Below the pieces are notes generated by a model. That model saw only the letters and a list, made by a program, of their open reading frames with translations. It was not told the DNA's origin and made no database searches. A program made the translations under genes and the position numbers. Of a DNA stretch of 64,000 nt, positions 48,489 to 57,402 are shown one piece after another. Where the stretch lies: assembly GCA_963737265.1 (NCBI GenBank), contig CAVTRY010000011.1, forward strand, positions 704,001 to 768,000, given 5' to 3'. Numbering within the stretch: the first letter of the stretch is position 1; each line of letters begins with the position of its first letter. This DNA is from an uncultured delta proteobacterium (GTDB lineage Bacteria; Myxococcota_A; Polyangia; Fen-1088).

Positions 48489-51125
48489 TCACTGCAACGT
48501 TGGCTGGTTCTCGACCAGGATTTGCCCTTCGGCGGGCTGCAATCCGGAATCGCGGCGAATCGCGTAGGCACGATCGCGGAGCTTTTCTGCTGCATCCCGC
48601 CGCCCGATCTTCTCCTCGAAGTCTGCGTAGGCGGCGAAGGTCCGGCCAAGCTCCAGCTCCGCGCCGGAGGTAGCAAGAAGGTGAATCGCGCGATCGAACA
48701 CCTCACGCGGCCCACCCCGGTCGCAATTGCCCGGCGCTCCTGCCGACAATGCCGTGCCAAGAACACGTAACGCGGAACCCGCCAAGGTCGCGGCGCCCAT
48801 CTTCTCTGCCTCCACGGCTGCCCATTCGGCGTGGTCGCGCGCCGCCAGACAATCCCCCTTCGCCAAGTGAATCTCGGCCAAGACCCGGTCCGATTCAGCC
48901 ACCAAGCGCCGCGCGCCGAACTTCTGGGCGATGCCTTTGGCGGCCCGCAACTCGCTTTCAGCCTCGTCGACTTCGCCCTGGGCCAGCAGGCAATCGCCGA
49001 TCTCAAGTGCTAGGTGACACTCGGTCAGACGCTCGCCCATCGTGCTCGATAGTCCCCTCGCCTGCGAAAGCAGCTTGTGCGCAAGCTTGGCGTGCCCGGC
49101 CTCGCGGGTGAGAGCGCCGAGGTCGAGCAGGGTGAACACGATGCCGTGCGGATCGCGGGTGGACTGGCTGATCGCCAGTGCTTTCTCGAAGCTCTGCTGG
49201 GCGAGGCCCAGATGTCCTAACTGCGCCTCGACAAGCCCGATCCATGCCAACGTCAGCGCCTTGCCTCGCTCGTCGTTGAGCTCGCCGCGAATCGACAGCG
49301 CGGCCTTGTGACAGCGCAAGGCTTCGTCGGGTTTTCCCACCAGGTAGTAGACCCTGCCGATGTCGTCCAGGCTCGCCGCCACGCCCGGCCGGTCGCCGGC
49401 CAAATCGAACAGGAGATGAGACATGTCGAGGTGCTGAGCTGCCAGCCGGTAATCCCCGAGCGATCGGTAGGCACGGCCCATGCGCGCATGGGCTGCTCCG
49501 CCTTTGCCCGGCAAGTCCAGGCACCAGGCGGTCTTGAGCATGTCGGAAAAATGCGCCAAGGATTCGTGGCTGCGGCCAAGCCGAGCCGCCACATCGCCGA
49601 GCTTGTGCAGGGTTTCAATCTTGAGCAGGGAGTCGTCGATGTCAAAGAGCCTTACAGCGCGCCCGTAATGCGATCGCGCGGTCTCGTAGTCGACCGCGCG
49701 GCTAGCCTCGTCGCCCGCCGCGACGAGCGCAATGCCTGCCCGGCGAGGGTCTCCGCCCTGCTCGTAGAGGGTGGCGATGTCCTCGAGCTGTCCGCACGAC
49801 ATGGATTTTCCCGCCCTGGCTTCGATCCACTGCGCCGAGAAGCGCTTGCGGCGGCGCGTGGTCTCTGGAGCCACGCTGCTCTCCACCAGCATCCGTTCAT
49901 CTGCGTCGGCGAAGCACCAGGCCGCCTCGCTTCCGAGGGCGTCGGTCTCCAGCCTTCTGATGTAGCCGCGCTCGGCCAGCAGTGCCAGCATGCGCTTGGT
50001 CTCTTCAATGGAAGGGTCGGGGGCAAACACCAGGGTTGGATCCCAGGGATCCGTGCCCAGGCGGCCAAGGGCGATCACCCCGCCGGTCCAGAACACCCGG
50101 CCCATAGCGGCGGCGCGCGCAAGCAATCCGCGCTCGCTCAGGCTCAACTCCGCGACCCGCGCACCGGCGCGAGCCTCGGGGCACAAGGCAGGCCCTTCTC
50201 GATCGGCGCGGACGCCGTCGAACAGCCACGCGTCCTTGGTGTCGCACGCCAGAATGCCGTGCTCGTGATACACGGCGAGGAGCTGAAGCAACAGCGACGG
50301 ATTCCCTCCCGACTCGACGGCGGCCCGCTCGGCCAGACCAGATGCCAAGGTATCCGCGCCCAGCGCGCACTGCATGAAGACTTCCATTTCCAGCGGCGAC
50401 AGCGCGCCCAAGTCCAGGCGAAGGTGGCTTCCTTCGGCTCGGCTCCAGTCGGTTTGCCGAACCAGCAATTCTGGCCGCGCCACCACCACGAAAACGATGG
50501 CGGCTTCGCCCAGCTCGGCGCGCAGGCGCGCCAGCACTTCCAACGAGGCATCATCCGCGCGATGAGCGTCGTCGATCACGAAAAGGATCGGATGCTTGCG
50601 GGCGTCCTCTTCAAGAAACCGGCAGAGAAGCGCTCGCGCCAAATCCGCCTTCTGCTCCGGCCGCATGGCCAAGGATTGCGCCAGCGGGCTTTCGGTCACA
50701 TCGAGGCCGATGAATTCGCCGAGAAAACCAGCGATCTCGGACACCCGACGGTCGGCGAAAACGGCCTGCAATTCCCTACGAAAGACGGCGGAGGCGGCGG
50801 CCTGGTCCATCTGCTGCGTGATGCCGACGCGAGCCCGAAGCAGGCTTCGCCACAGCCCAAGTGGCTCCAGGTCCGCGCCTTCGCCGGTTGCATGCACGGA
50901 CAAGTGGACGGCGTGAAAGTCGCCTTTCTTGCCCACCTCGCCCACCCAGTCCTCGACGAAGCGGGTCTTCCCGATTCCCACTGCGCCGAGTACGGTGACA
51001 AACTGAGGCGCCTCGAAACGCACGGCTCGATAGAGGGCCGCATCGAGAGCTCGCCTCTCGGTCTCGCGACCAATCAGCCTGTGAACTCGGAAATCCCGTT
51101 TTCCACCCAGTGTCTCAAGCGTCAT
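48489..51125 (-). CDS. STAND/AAA-type P-loop NTPase with C-terminal TPRs
   Basis: LIGRETE, GAVGIGKT (Walker A), LFVIDDAHRAD (Walker B), SGGNP and multiple TPRs (GVAASLDDIGRVY, KALTLAWIGLV). Confidence 0.85.
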   Translation of the reverse strand: MTLETLGGKRDFRVHRLIGRETERRALDAALYRAVRFEAPQFVTVLGAVGIGKTRFVEDWVGEVGKKGDFHAVHLSVHATGEGADLEPLGLWRSLLRARVGITQQMDQAAASAVFRRELQAVFADRRVSEIAGFLGEFIGLDVTESPLAQSLAMRPEQKADLARALLCRFLEEDARKHPILFVIDDAHRADDASLEVLARLRAELGEAAIVFVVVARPELLVRQTDWSRAEGSHLRLDLGALSPLEMEVFMQCALGADTLASGLAERAAVESGGNPSLLLQLLAVYHEHGILACDTKDAWLFDGVRADREGPALCPEARAGARVAELSLSERGLLARAAAMGRVFWTGGVIALGRLGTDPWDPTLVFAPDPSIEETKRMLALLAERGYIRRLETDALGSEAAWCFADADERMLVESSVAPETTRRRKRFSAQWIEARAGKSMSCGQLEDIATLYEQGGDPRRAGIALVAAGDEASRAVDYETARSHYGRAVRLFDIDDSLLKIETLHKLGDVAARLGRSHESLAHFSDMLKTAWCLDLPGKGGAAHARMGRAYRSLGDYRLAAQHLDMSHLLFDLAGDRPGVAASLDDIGRVYYLVGKPDEALRCHKAALSIRGELNDERGKALTLAWIGLVEAQLGHLGLAQQSFEKALAISQSTRDPHGIVFTLLDLGALTREAGHAKLAHKLLSQARGLSSTMGERLTECHLALEIGDCLLAQGEVDEAESELRAAKGIAQKFGARRLVAESDRVLAEIHLAKGDCLAARDHAEWAAVEAEKMGAATLAGSALRVLGTALSAGAPGNCDRGGPREVFDRAIHLLATSGAELELGRTFAAYADFEEKIGRRDAAEKLRDRAYAIRRDSGLQPAEGQILVENQPTLQ

Positions 51126-51222
51126 ACCACCTTGATAAGGCGAATCTCGCTAGAGAGCCAAAAACTCGATCGGATCGCAAGCGGCCGCAAATGAAACTAT
51201 GCGCAGCAAACCGCGCTCCCGT

Positions 51223-51408
51223 TCACATGCCGATGATGGCCACGCCGCGCTCGGGCGCACGGTCGCCGCGCTCGTCGTGCGGCATTCGTGGGTCGACCTC
51301 GCCCGGCCACTGGCCGTCGGGAACGGGAAGCTCGAGCTGCGGACGATCGCCGCGCCGACGATCTTCCTCGCGACGTCGGATTTCATCTATTATCCATGGC
51401 TCCAGCAT
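51223..51408 (-). CDS. small conserved-looking hypothetical protein (61 aa)
   Basis: AAGGGCGG upstream. MLEPWIIDEIRRREE...RPQLELP...ERGVAII pattern recalled from myxobacterial small proteins. Confidence 0.65.
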   Translation of the reverse strand: MLEPWIIDEIRRREEDRRRGDRPQLELPVPDGQWPGEVDPRMPHDERGDRAPERGVAIIGM

Positions 51409-51735
51409 CGAACCGCCCTTACCTATTCTTATGGCTTGCAACATCGCTGCCCGGCCGTCAAGCCGCGCAAGCGCACTTCGTTCGATCTTTGCTGCTTTCG
51501 GTGTTTGTGCCCACTTCGCGGCCCGATTGTTCACGACGTGCGCAACCGGCCTGCTGGGCGATCCGTGACAAAATAGTCGTGGTTGCTCGGCTCCACCCCG
51601 CAAAGATTTGCGCCCCTCCGAGTTGGAGGCCACAACCTCGCGTTGTCTAGGCGTCGGCGTCATGGACTAACCTTTGGATGCACCGGCTTGGCGTGCGTTG
51701 CCAGAGCTCCCTGCGGCTAGTTCTTCGGCCGCTTT

Positions 51736-53179
51736 TCAGTCGGGGTTTAGGGCTGGAGATGAATTTGTTGCACCGGCCTTCGGCGCTGCCAGCAACGTAC
51801 TGCTGATCTTCAGCGAGTAGGACTCGTCTGGGTTGCCATCCCCCTTGCCTTGTGAGAGCCGCAACAGCAGCGGCTCGCCCAAAGTCGGAATCCTGGATAG
51901 CGTGACCGGCTCACGCGCTTTTCTTGCCTCCGCCGAGGCGACAGTCTGACCGTTGCTCTGCCGAATCACGTTCGAGCTTCGCCCGCACGTGAGCGGGGGT
52001 CGCGAACTCGATAGTGACCTCGCGCTGACCGTCCCCGGAATAGCGGAAGTAATCGACGTCGCCCAGGGGCAGAAAGCCCGTCAAAACCCCGTCATGGATC
52101 GACGTCGCCTTGGCGGGGTTGTCGTTCGGCTCGATCTCCGAATCCGATTTGGGCGCACCCATGCCAAGATGCAGGACGTAGCGCTGGGTACGGTTTTGGC
52201 CCGACTCGCTGCGAACGACGACGTAGAAAAATCGTGCCGTCGCGCCAGCGTCGGTCGTCGCGACAGGAGCAATCACGTTGTGCAAGCCGACTCGCTCACC
52301 CCGTCGTCCTCGTCCAACGGCGATTCTCGCACCGCTGCCATCGAGAACCTGCAGGCCAGCGCTGACCCCTTCGACGGCGTCAAGCTCCACGTCCAAAGCC
52401 GAGGGGATCTCGGGCGCCGGAATGCGGTAGAAATCCTGGTCGTGCTGCCAGCCGTGGAACCCGGCCAGCTCGACGGTCCCGGAAACCGTCACGGCTTCCG
52501 CCGATTCGGTTCCGTCGTTGGGCTCGCGTTCATCGCCAGGTTCAAAGTCCCCAAGCTGAACCGTCAGTTTGTACTTGCTGGTCACCATTGGCTCGGCCGA
52601 CTTGGCCGGCTTGGCGACGGCCTTCACGCGAAAAAGGTAGGCGTGCCCAGGAAGCACCGCCATGTTGGGCATGCCCGCCGCCTCGCCCACATCCACCGTG
52701 ACGGTCTCGAGCGACTTCAGTCTCTCGTCGAGAAGTTGCAGGGAAAGGGTCGCGCCGGCCTCCGCCGCGATTTCGAGCGTCAGGCGACGAGCCAGGGAGC
52801 GCGGATCGTCCGACGGCGAAGAATCAGGTGACGGAGCCGGCTTGTCGGCACTCGCACGTGCACCTGGAACCATGAGCTTGAAAACGTCCACGTCCTTTCC
52901 TACGCCGGCCTCAGTTCCCAAGAGAGCTCCGACAACACTGACCACCGGCCAATCGGCATTGATGGCCAGGAGCTGTGCCTGCTCGGGACTGTCGTTCGGT
53001 TCCTGCTCCATGACCCTGGGCGGGCCGGCCGCATCGGTGCGTGGAGCTACGACAACAACTGCGGCGGAGTCGCCGCGCGGCGGAAACGGAACACGCCGGC
53101 AGGCAACGAGAGGAATGATCCCCGTTAAGACCAGAAGTCCCTTGCCGCGCCAACCTCGCTCCAGGCAAAACATCTGCAC
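51736..53179 (-). CDS. lipoprotein with three ExEPND (pre-peptidase C-terminal-like) repeats; +1 frameshift near 51970
   Basis: LVAC lipobox and EQEPND, EREPND, EIEPND each followed by D.D.F/Y. Sequence AAG CTC GAA C GTG ATT continues the third repeat in another frame (VIRQSNGQ...YSLKI). Confidence 0.8.
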
Positions 53180-53207
53180 AGGCTAGCAACCTTTCGATAA
53201 CACGCGG

Positions 53208-53651
53208 TCAGGAAGTAGCTAGCGTCTTGATGCCAGCGACGAACTCGGCCTCGGCCACCACGGTGTCCGCGACCTTCGCCAGGCCTCGCATTTTCCAGAT
53301 CGCGCCGCCCTTGCGCAGGGGAACGACCTCCAGGACGAGGACATCGCCTGGCACCACTGGTTTACGAAACTTCACCTTGTCTATGGTCAGGAAGTAGATG
53401 GCCTGGCGGGCAGGATCGAAGCCAACCGCGGGTGCGGCCAACAGCGCTGCCGTCTGCGCCAGCGCCTCCACGATAAGGACACCGGGCATGATGGGATTGC
53501 CCGGGAAATGGCCCTGGAAAAAGGGTTCGTTGGCGGACACCATCTTGCGCGCGACAATCCTTTCCTCGGTCACCGAATCCACCCGGTCGACCAGAAGGAA
53601 AGGATAGCGGTGGGGAAGAATCGCCTGGATGGCCGCGATATCCATGGCCAT
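53208..53651 (-). CDS. fabZ: 3-hydroxyacyl-ACP dehydratase FabZ
   Basis: [46 protein letters not shown]. Confidence 0.98.
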   Translation of the reverse strand: MAMDIAAIQAILPHRYPFLLVDRVDSVTEERIVARKMVSANEPFFQGHFPGNPIMPGVLIVEALAQTAALLAAPAVGFDPARQAIYFLTIDKVKFRKPVVPGDVLVLEVVPLRKGGAIWKMRGLAKVADTVVAEAEFVAGIKTLATS

Positions 53652-53682
53652 GAAATCCCCTCGATCGGCGCTGTTTCCGGCG

Positions 53683-54243
53683 CTATTTCTTGGAATCGGC
53701 GGACTTTTTCGCCGGCGCCGTCCCCGGGCCCTTTTCTTCCCCAGCATTGAAGCGACGAATCACCTCGTTGGTCAAATCGAGATGGGGCTTGGCGAATACG
53801 ACGCCAGCACTCTTGTCGAGCACCATGGTGAAATTCTCCGCCGCCGCGATTTTGCCGATGATTCGCTGCAGGCGCTCGACGATGGGCTGGGTCGCTTCTT
53901 CTTCCTTCGCGGCGAGATCCTGCTGATGGCGCAAATAGATCTGCTGGACCTTGCCCACGCGCTCCTGTAACTCGGCTTCCTTTTGGCGAACGGTGTCCGC
54001 GGGCAAAAGGGTGCGCTTCTTGTTCAGGTCCTCGATGGCCTTCTTGACCTCTTCCTGCTGCTCGTCGAGCTCCTTCTGCTTCCTGTCGAAGTCCTTCTTG
54101 AGCGTGGCGCGAGCCTTGCGGCCGTCCTCGGTTTCGTACAAGGCGCGGCGTAAATCCACGTAGCCGAGTTTTACTTCCTCGGCGCGCAGGGGCCGCGCAA
54201 ACAGGGACAGAAGGATGGTTCCGAGCAGTGCAATACGAATCAT
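53683..54243 (-). CDS. skp: periplasmic chaperone Skp/OmpH
   Basis: Signal peptide, KLGYVD, long coiled coil, FTMVLD..VVFA..DLTNEVI. Confidence 0.92.
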   Translation of the reverse strand: MIRIALLGTILLSLFARPLRAEEVKLGYVDLRRALYETEDGRKARATLKKDFDRKQKELDEQQEEVKKAIEDLNKKRTLLPADTVRQKEAELQERVGKVQQIYLRHQQDLAAKEEEATQPIVERLQRIIGKIAAAENFTMVLDKSAGVVFAKPHLDLTNEVIRRFNAGEEKGPGTAPAKKSADSKK

Positions 54244-54360
54244 CGAGGTCATCTCCACTTGGGCAAAAGGACGCCCATCGATACCACAAAAGAACCGCCA
54301 AATCTCGCTTCGCGAGAGTTGACGACACAACGACGCGCCAGAAAGAAAACAGAGAATGCT

Positions 54361-56556
54361 CTACTTCTTGCGCGCCTTGGCCTTCTTGGCCGGCTTGCCC
54401 TTGGACTTCGCGCGACCCACGCCCGAACGAATCCCGTCGGGATAGAGGAATGCCATGGTGGCATTGGCCAACGCGATATCCGACTGTGCCCAAAAGCGAT
54501 GATAGGTGAAGGTCGGGGCCGGCCCACCCCGCAGATGCGCCTCGACCTGGGGCCACCCTGGATCGGAGGTGTAGCGCGTGCGAATGCTGGCAAAAGTGGA
54601 ATTGGAATCCATGGCATCGCCATTCGGCATCTTTCCCTTCCAACCGGCAGGAATGAACACCTTGTCGCCGAAGCGCTTATAGTCCGTGCGCGTCTCGGGC
54701 GCCGAAAGGCCCTTGTCGTCGCGAAACTTCTTCCACATCCGATCGAGCAGTTCCTTGGCCAACTTGGCGGACGCAACATCGCCCGACTTGGCGGCATAAA
54801 AAAGCAGCGTGCGCGCCAGCGCCCCGCCCACGCCCAAGTCCTGTCCCCAGCTCTTCACCTTCACGTGCAAGGTCTTGTTGAATGCGGCGTCCTTGCCATT
54901 CCAGTTTTGGGTCTTTTCGTCCCAGTTGAGCTGCGGCTGGCCGATCCAGGTGAGATCCGACGGAATCTCGAAGGTTCCGTTCTTGCTCAGGCGAGTGTTG
55001 GCCAGGACCCATTTCACCCAACGGTCGAGAATGACCTTAGCGTGCGCGTTGCCGGTGACGTAGTAGAGCTGCGCCACGCGATCCATGCTCCAGGCCTGAA
55101 AGCCAAACCATTGATTGCTGGGTGGATCGACGTACACCGGCGCTTCGACGTACGCCAGCTTGTAGAAGGTCGTGACGTTGGCGGGGAACTTGTCGTAGCG
55201 ACCACGCCAACTATTGGTCGCGCCGCCGGCGATCCCGCCTTCGGCCGATTGCAGCCAGCGATACATTTCGACCTGCCGTTCGAGGCTCTTGGCCCAATCA
55301 CCCGCGCCGTTCTTCGATAGCGGCTTGAATGCCTTGTCCTGCGACAGTACCCAGGCCGCGAACGGATTTTGGTAACCGCTGTGGGCCGTGCTGGAGCCGA
55401 TGCGCCAAGACCAGCCGGCGGCCTTGGTGGTCGAGCCGCCCCAGGCGTAGTACCACGACAGAAGGAAGTGAGCGGCGTCGTAACCATCGCCCGCCGGACA
55501 TTGTGGCGACTGGCAGCCCGGCACTTTGAAGTACTTGTCGAAGAGCGCGTAGCGGAGATAGTCGCCGAGACGCGACGTCTTCTTCACCAGCGGGTCGACC
55601 GCGGAGCTTGCGCCCTGCTCGTCCGCCCACAGCTTGGCCCAGTACATCGCCTGCACCGCTCGCGCGTCGGCATCGGGCGCCGTGGTGTACTTCCACTGCC
55701 GCGCATAGCCCCCGTCCTGCTTCACGAACAGGTCGAGATATCCGTTGTTGCCGCCGAATTGGAAGTCGTCCCAACACGGTTGCGGAATGGCTTCCCAAAC
55801 CGATTCCTCTTCGCCGCGCTGGAAGGTGTTGATGTACGTCGGCTTGGACACGTGGTCGCCGCGCCGCCCGAAGCCGTACCAGTTGTCGACGTCGATGATC
55901 CAGTGCATGCCGTAGATAAAGGGCGTGCGGTAGGTATCCTGGAGCTCCTTGGAAATCGGATCATGCCCGGTGGAGGCGCTGGCATCGAGCGGCACGGGAT
56001 ACCCGCTCGGCTGATCCTGCTCGCCCGCGAACACGGCGGGATGGGTTTCGTTGTACGAGCCCGCCGTGGGCTGGTCTTCAGGCGTCGGGATGACGTAAGC
56101 CTCTGTGCTTTCCCACGCCTTGGTTAGCGGCTTCCAGTCCTTGGTGATTTTTCCATAGGCCGCCTCCAGCCACATCCAGTAGCTATACGCCTCCGACGTG
56201 GTCTCGTGACCGTAGTCCGGGGCCTCGACCATCAGGGTTTCGACCGAGTGATAGGGCACGCCCTCGGGGCTGAAGTACCCGTTCTTGGGTGCGTGCATGT
56301 CGTTCCAAAGTGCGATGAAGCGATCCGAGTACTCGTTGCCGGTCTTGCCGGAAAAGGCGTAAGGGCCGAGCGGCGCAGGCTTGGGAAAGTCCGCCACCTC
56401 GACCGGTCCGAGGGGCGTTCGCGCCGCGGAAGCGCCGGCCGCGGTCGGCACTCGCTTGCGAGCCGCCTTGGGCGCGGACTTCTGATCTTCGACGGTCGGT
56501 AGGCAGGAGGCGCCGAATAAAGCCAGTGCAGCGACGAAAACGCCGCCTACTCGCAT
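54361..56556 (-). CDS. glycoside hydrolase family 48 (exo-cellulase), lipoprotein
   Basis: GYFSPEGVPYHSVETLMVEAPDYGHETTSEAYSY, YGMHWIIDVDNWYGFG, INTFQRG.EESVWE, QWKYTTAPDADAR, HSGYQNP, WLQSAEGGIAGGATNSW, FTYHRFWAQ. N-terminal FGASC lipobox-like motif. Confidence 0.95.
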   Translation of the reverse strand: MRVGGVFVAALALFGASCLPTVEDQKSAPKAARKRVPTAAGASAARTPLGPVEVADFPKPAPLGPYAFSGKTGNEYSDRFIALWNDMHAPKNGYFSPEGVPYHSVETLMVEAPDYGHETTSEAYSYWMWLEAAYGKITKDWKPLTKAWESTEAYVIPTPEDQPTAGSYNETHPAVFAGEQDQPSGYPVPLDASASTGHDPISKELQDTYRTPFIYGMHWIIDVDNWYGFGRRGDHVSKPTYINTFQRGEEESVWEAIPQPCWDDFQFGGNNGYLDLFVKQDGGYARQWKYTTAPDADARAVQAMYWAKLWADEQGASSAVDPLVKKTSRLGDYLRYALFDKYFKVPGCQSPQCPAGDGYDAAHFLLSWYYAWGGSTTKAAGWSWRIGSSTAHSGYQNPFAAWVLSQDKAFKPLSKNGAGDWAKSLERQVEMYRWLQSAEGGIAGGATNSWRGRYDKFPANVTTFYKLAYVEAPVYVDPPSNQWFGFQAWSMDRVAQLYYVTGNAHAKVILDRWVKWVLANTRLSKNGTFEIPSDLTWIGQPQLNWDEKTQNWNGKDAAFNKTLHVKVKSWGQDLGVGGALARTLLFYAAKSGDVASAKLAKELLDRMWKKFRDDKGLSAPETRTDYKRFGDKVFIPAGWKGKMPNGDAMDSNSTFASIRTRYTSDPGWPQVEAHLRGGPAPTFTYHRFWAQSDIALANATMAFLYPDGIRSGVGRAKSKGKPAKKAKARKK

Positions 56557-57287
56557 CCCACGAACTCCACGTCGTCGACCCAGATGTCGAAGTCAGCCCC
56601 GGGCTGATTGACCTGCCACTGCAGTCCGAACAGCTTGCTCTTGTCGATGAAGTGCGGCTTGGGCGATCCCCAGTCGGGCAGCTGGCGCAACTTCCTGAAC
56701 GGAAACACGAAGTGCTGCCAGGACTCGGTCAGGGTGATATCCGCGCCAAAGTCGTTGAAGCATTCCGTGCAAATACCGCCGTCGCCGTCGGTCTTAATAT
56801 CTGGCACCTTGAAGCGAACCTTGCCGTAGCTGCCCGGGCCCTTCTTGGCCCAAAACGCGATACCCATGTATTGGGACGCGTCGTAGGGATTCTTGGGATC
56901 CACCAGGTTTAGGCCCAAGGCGCCGAACACAATGTGGCCATGGCCGACGTGGCCACGCGCATTGGCGGCGTACTTCGATCCGTTCACACCGCCAGGCGAC
57001 ATGGTGAACGTACCGCCCTTGGCGCCCGCCTCGGGCGTGACCGTGGTGCCAACCTCGTCGGCGAAGGTATACCAGTAGCCGCCGCGGCCGCCCACGACCT
57101 TGCCCTGGTTGTTGTTGTCCTCGCAATCGTCGATTAGGCCCTCGGCACCGCACGAGGCGACGGCTTCGCCGGCGTTGCCGACGGCCGGAGTTTGTCCGGG
57201 CATGATGCACGCCGGGAGGGCGACGAGCGCGACCGGAAGGATGGCGAGGAGTGGCACGCCCCACCCCACTTTGACTGCGGTTAACAT
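56547..57287 (-). CDS. CBM11/galactose-binding-like carbohydrate-binding lipoprotein
   Basis: LPAC lipobox. LIDDCED, GGYWYTFAD, YDASQYMGIAFWAK, LTESWQHFVFPF, LQWQV, FDIWVDDVEF. Overlaps the GH48 start. Start could be a later GTG. Confidence 0.75.
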   Translation of the reverse strand: MLTAVKVGWGVPLLAILPVALVALPACIMPGQTPAVGNAGEAVASCGAEGLIDDCEDNNNQGKVVGGRGGYWYTFADEVGTTVTPEAGAKGGTFTMSPGGVNGSKYAANARGHVGHGHIVFGALGLNLVDPKNPYDASQYMGIAFWAKKGPGSYGKVRFKVPDIKTDGDGGICTECFNDFGADITLTESWQHFVFPFRKLRQLPDWGSPKPHFIDKSKLFGLQWQVNQPGADFDIWVDDVEFVGCE

Positions 57288-57402
57288 TGTATGATTGTCC
57301 ACGGCAGCCCAACACGTAGCACCGAGGGGGTGAGAATGTCTACCCCTCCATTCCGGGTTGCAATCGTGCGCCGGAAGCGCAACTCTTTGCTGCGGTTTCA
57401 AG

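Noticed and set aside
51409-51735. ncRNA or tRNA in the 330-nt intergenic gap
   Set aside because: No cloverleaf, T-loop or other recognisable RNA family signature could be supported by eye.
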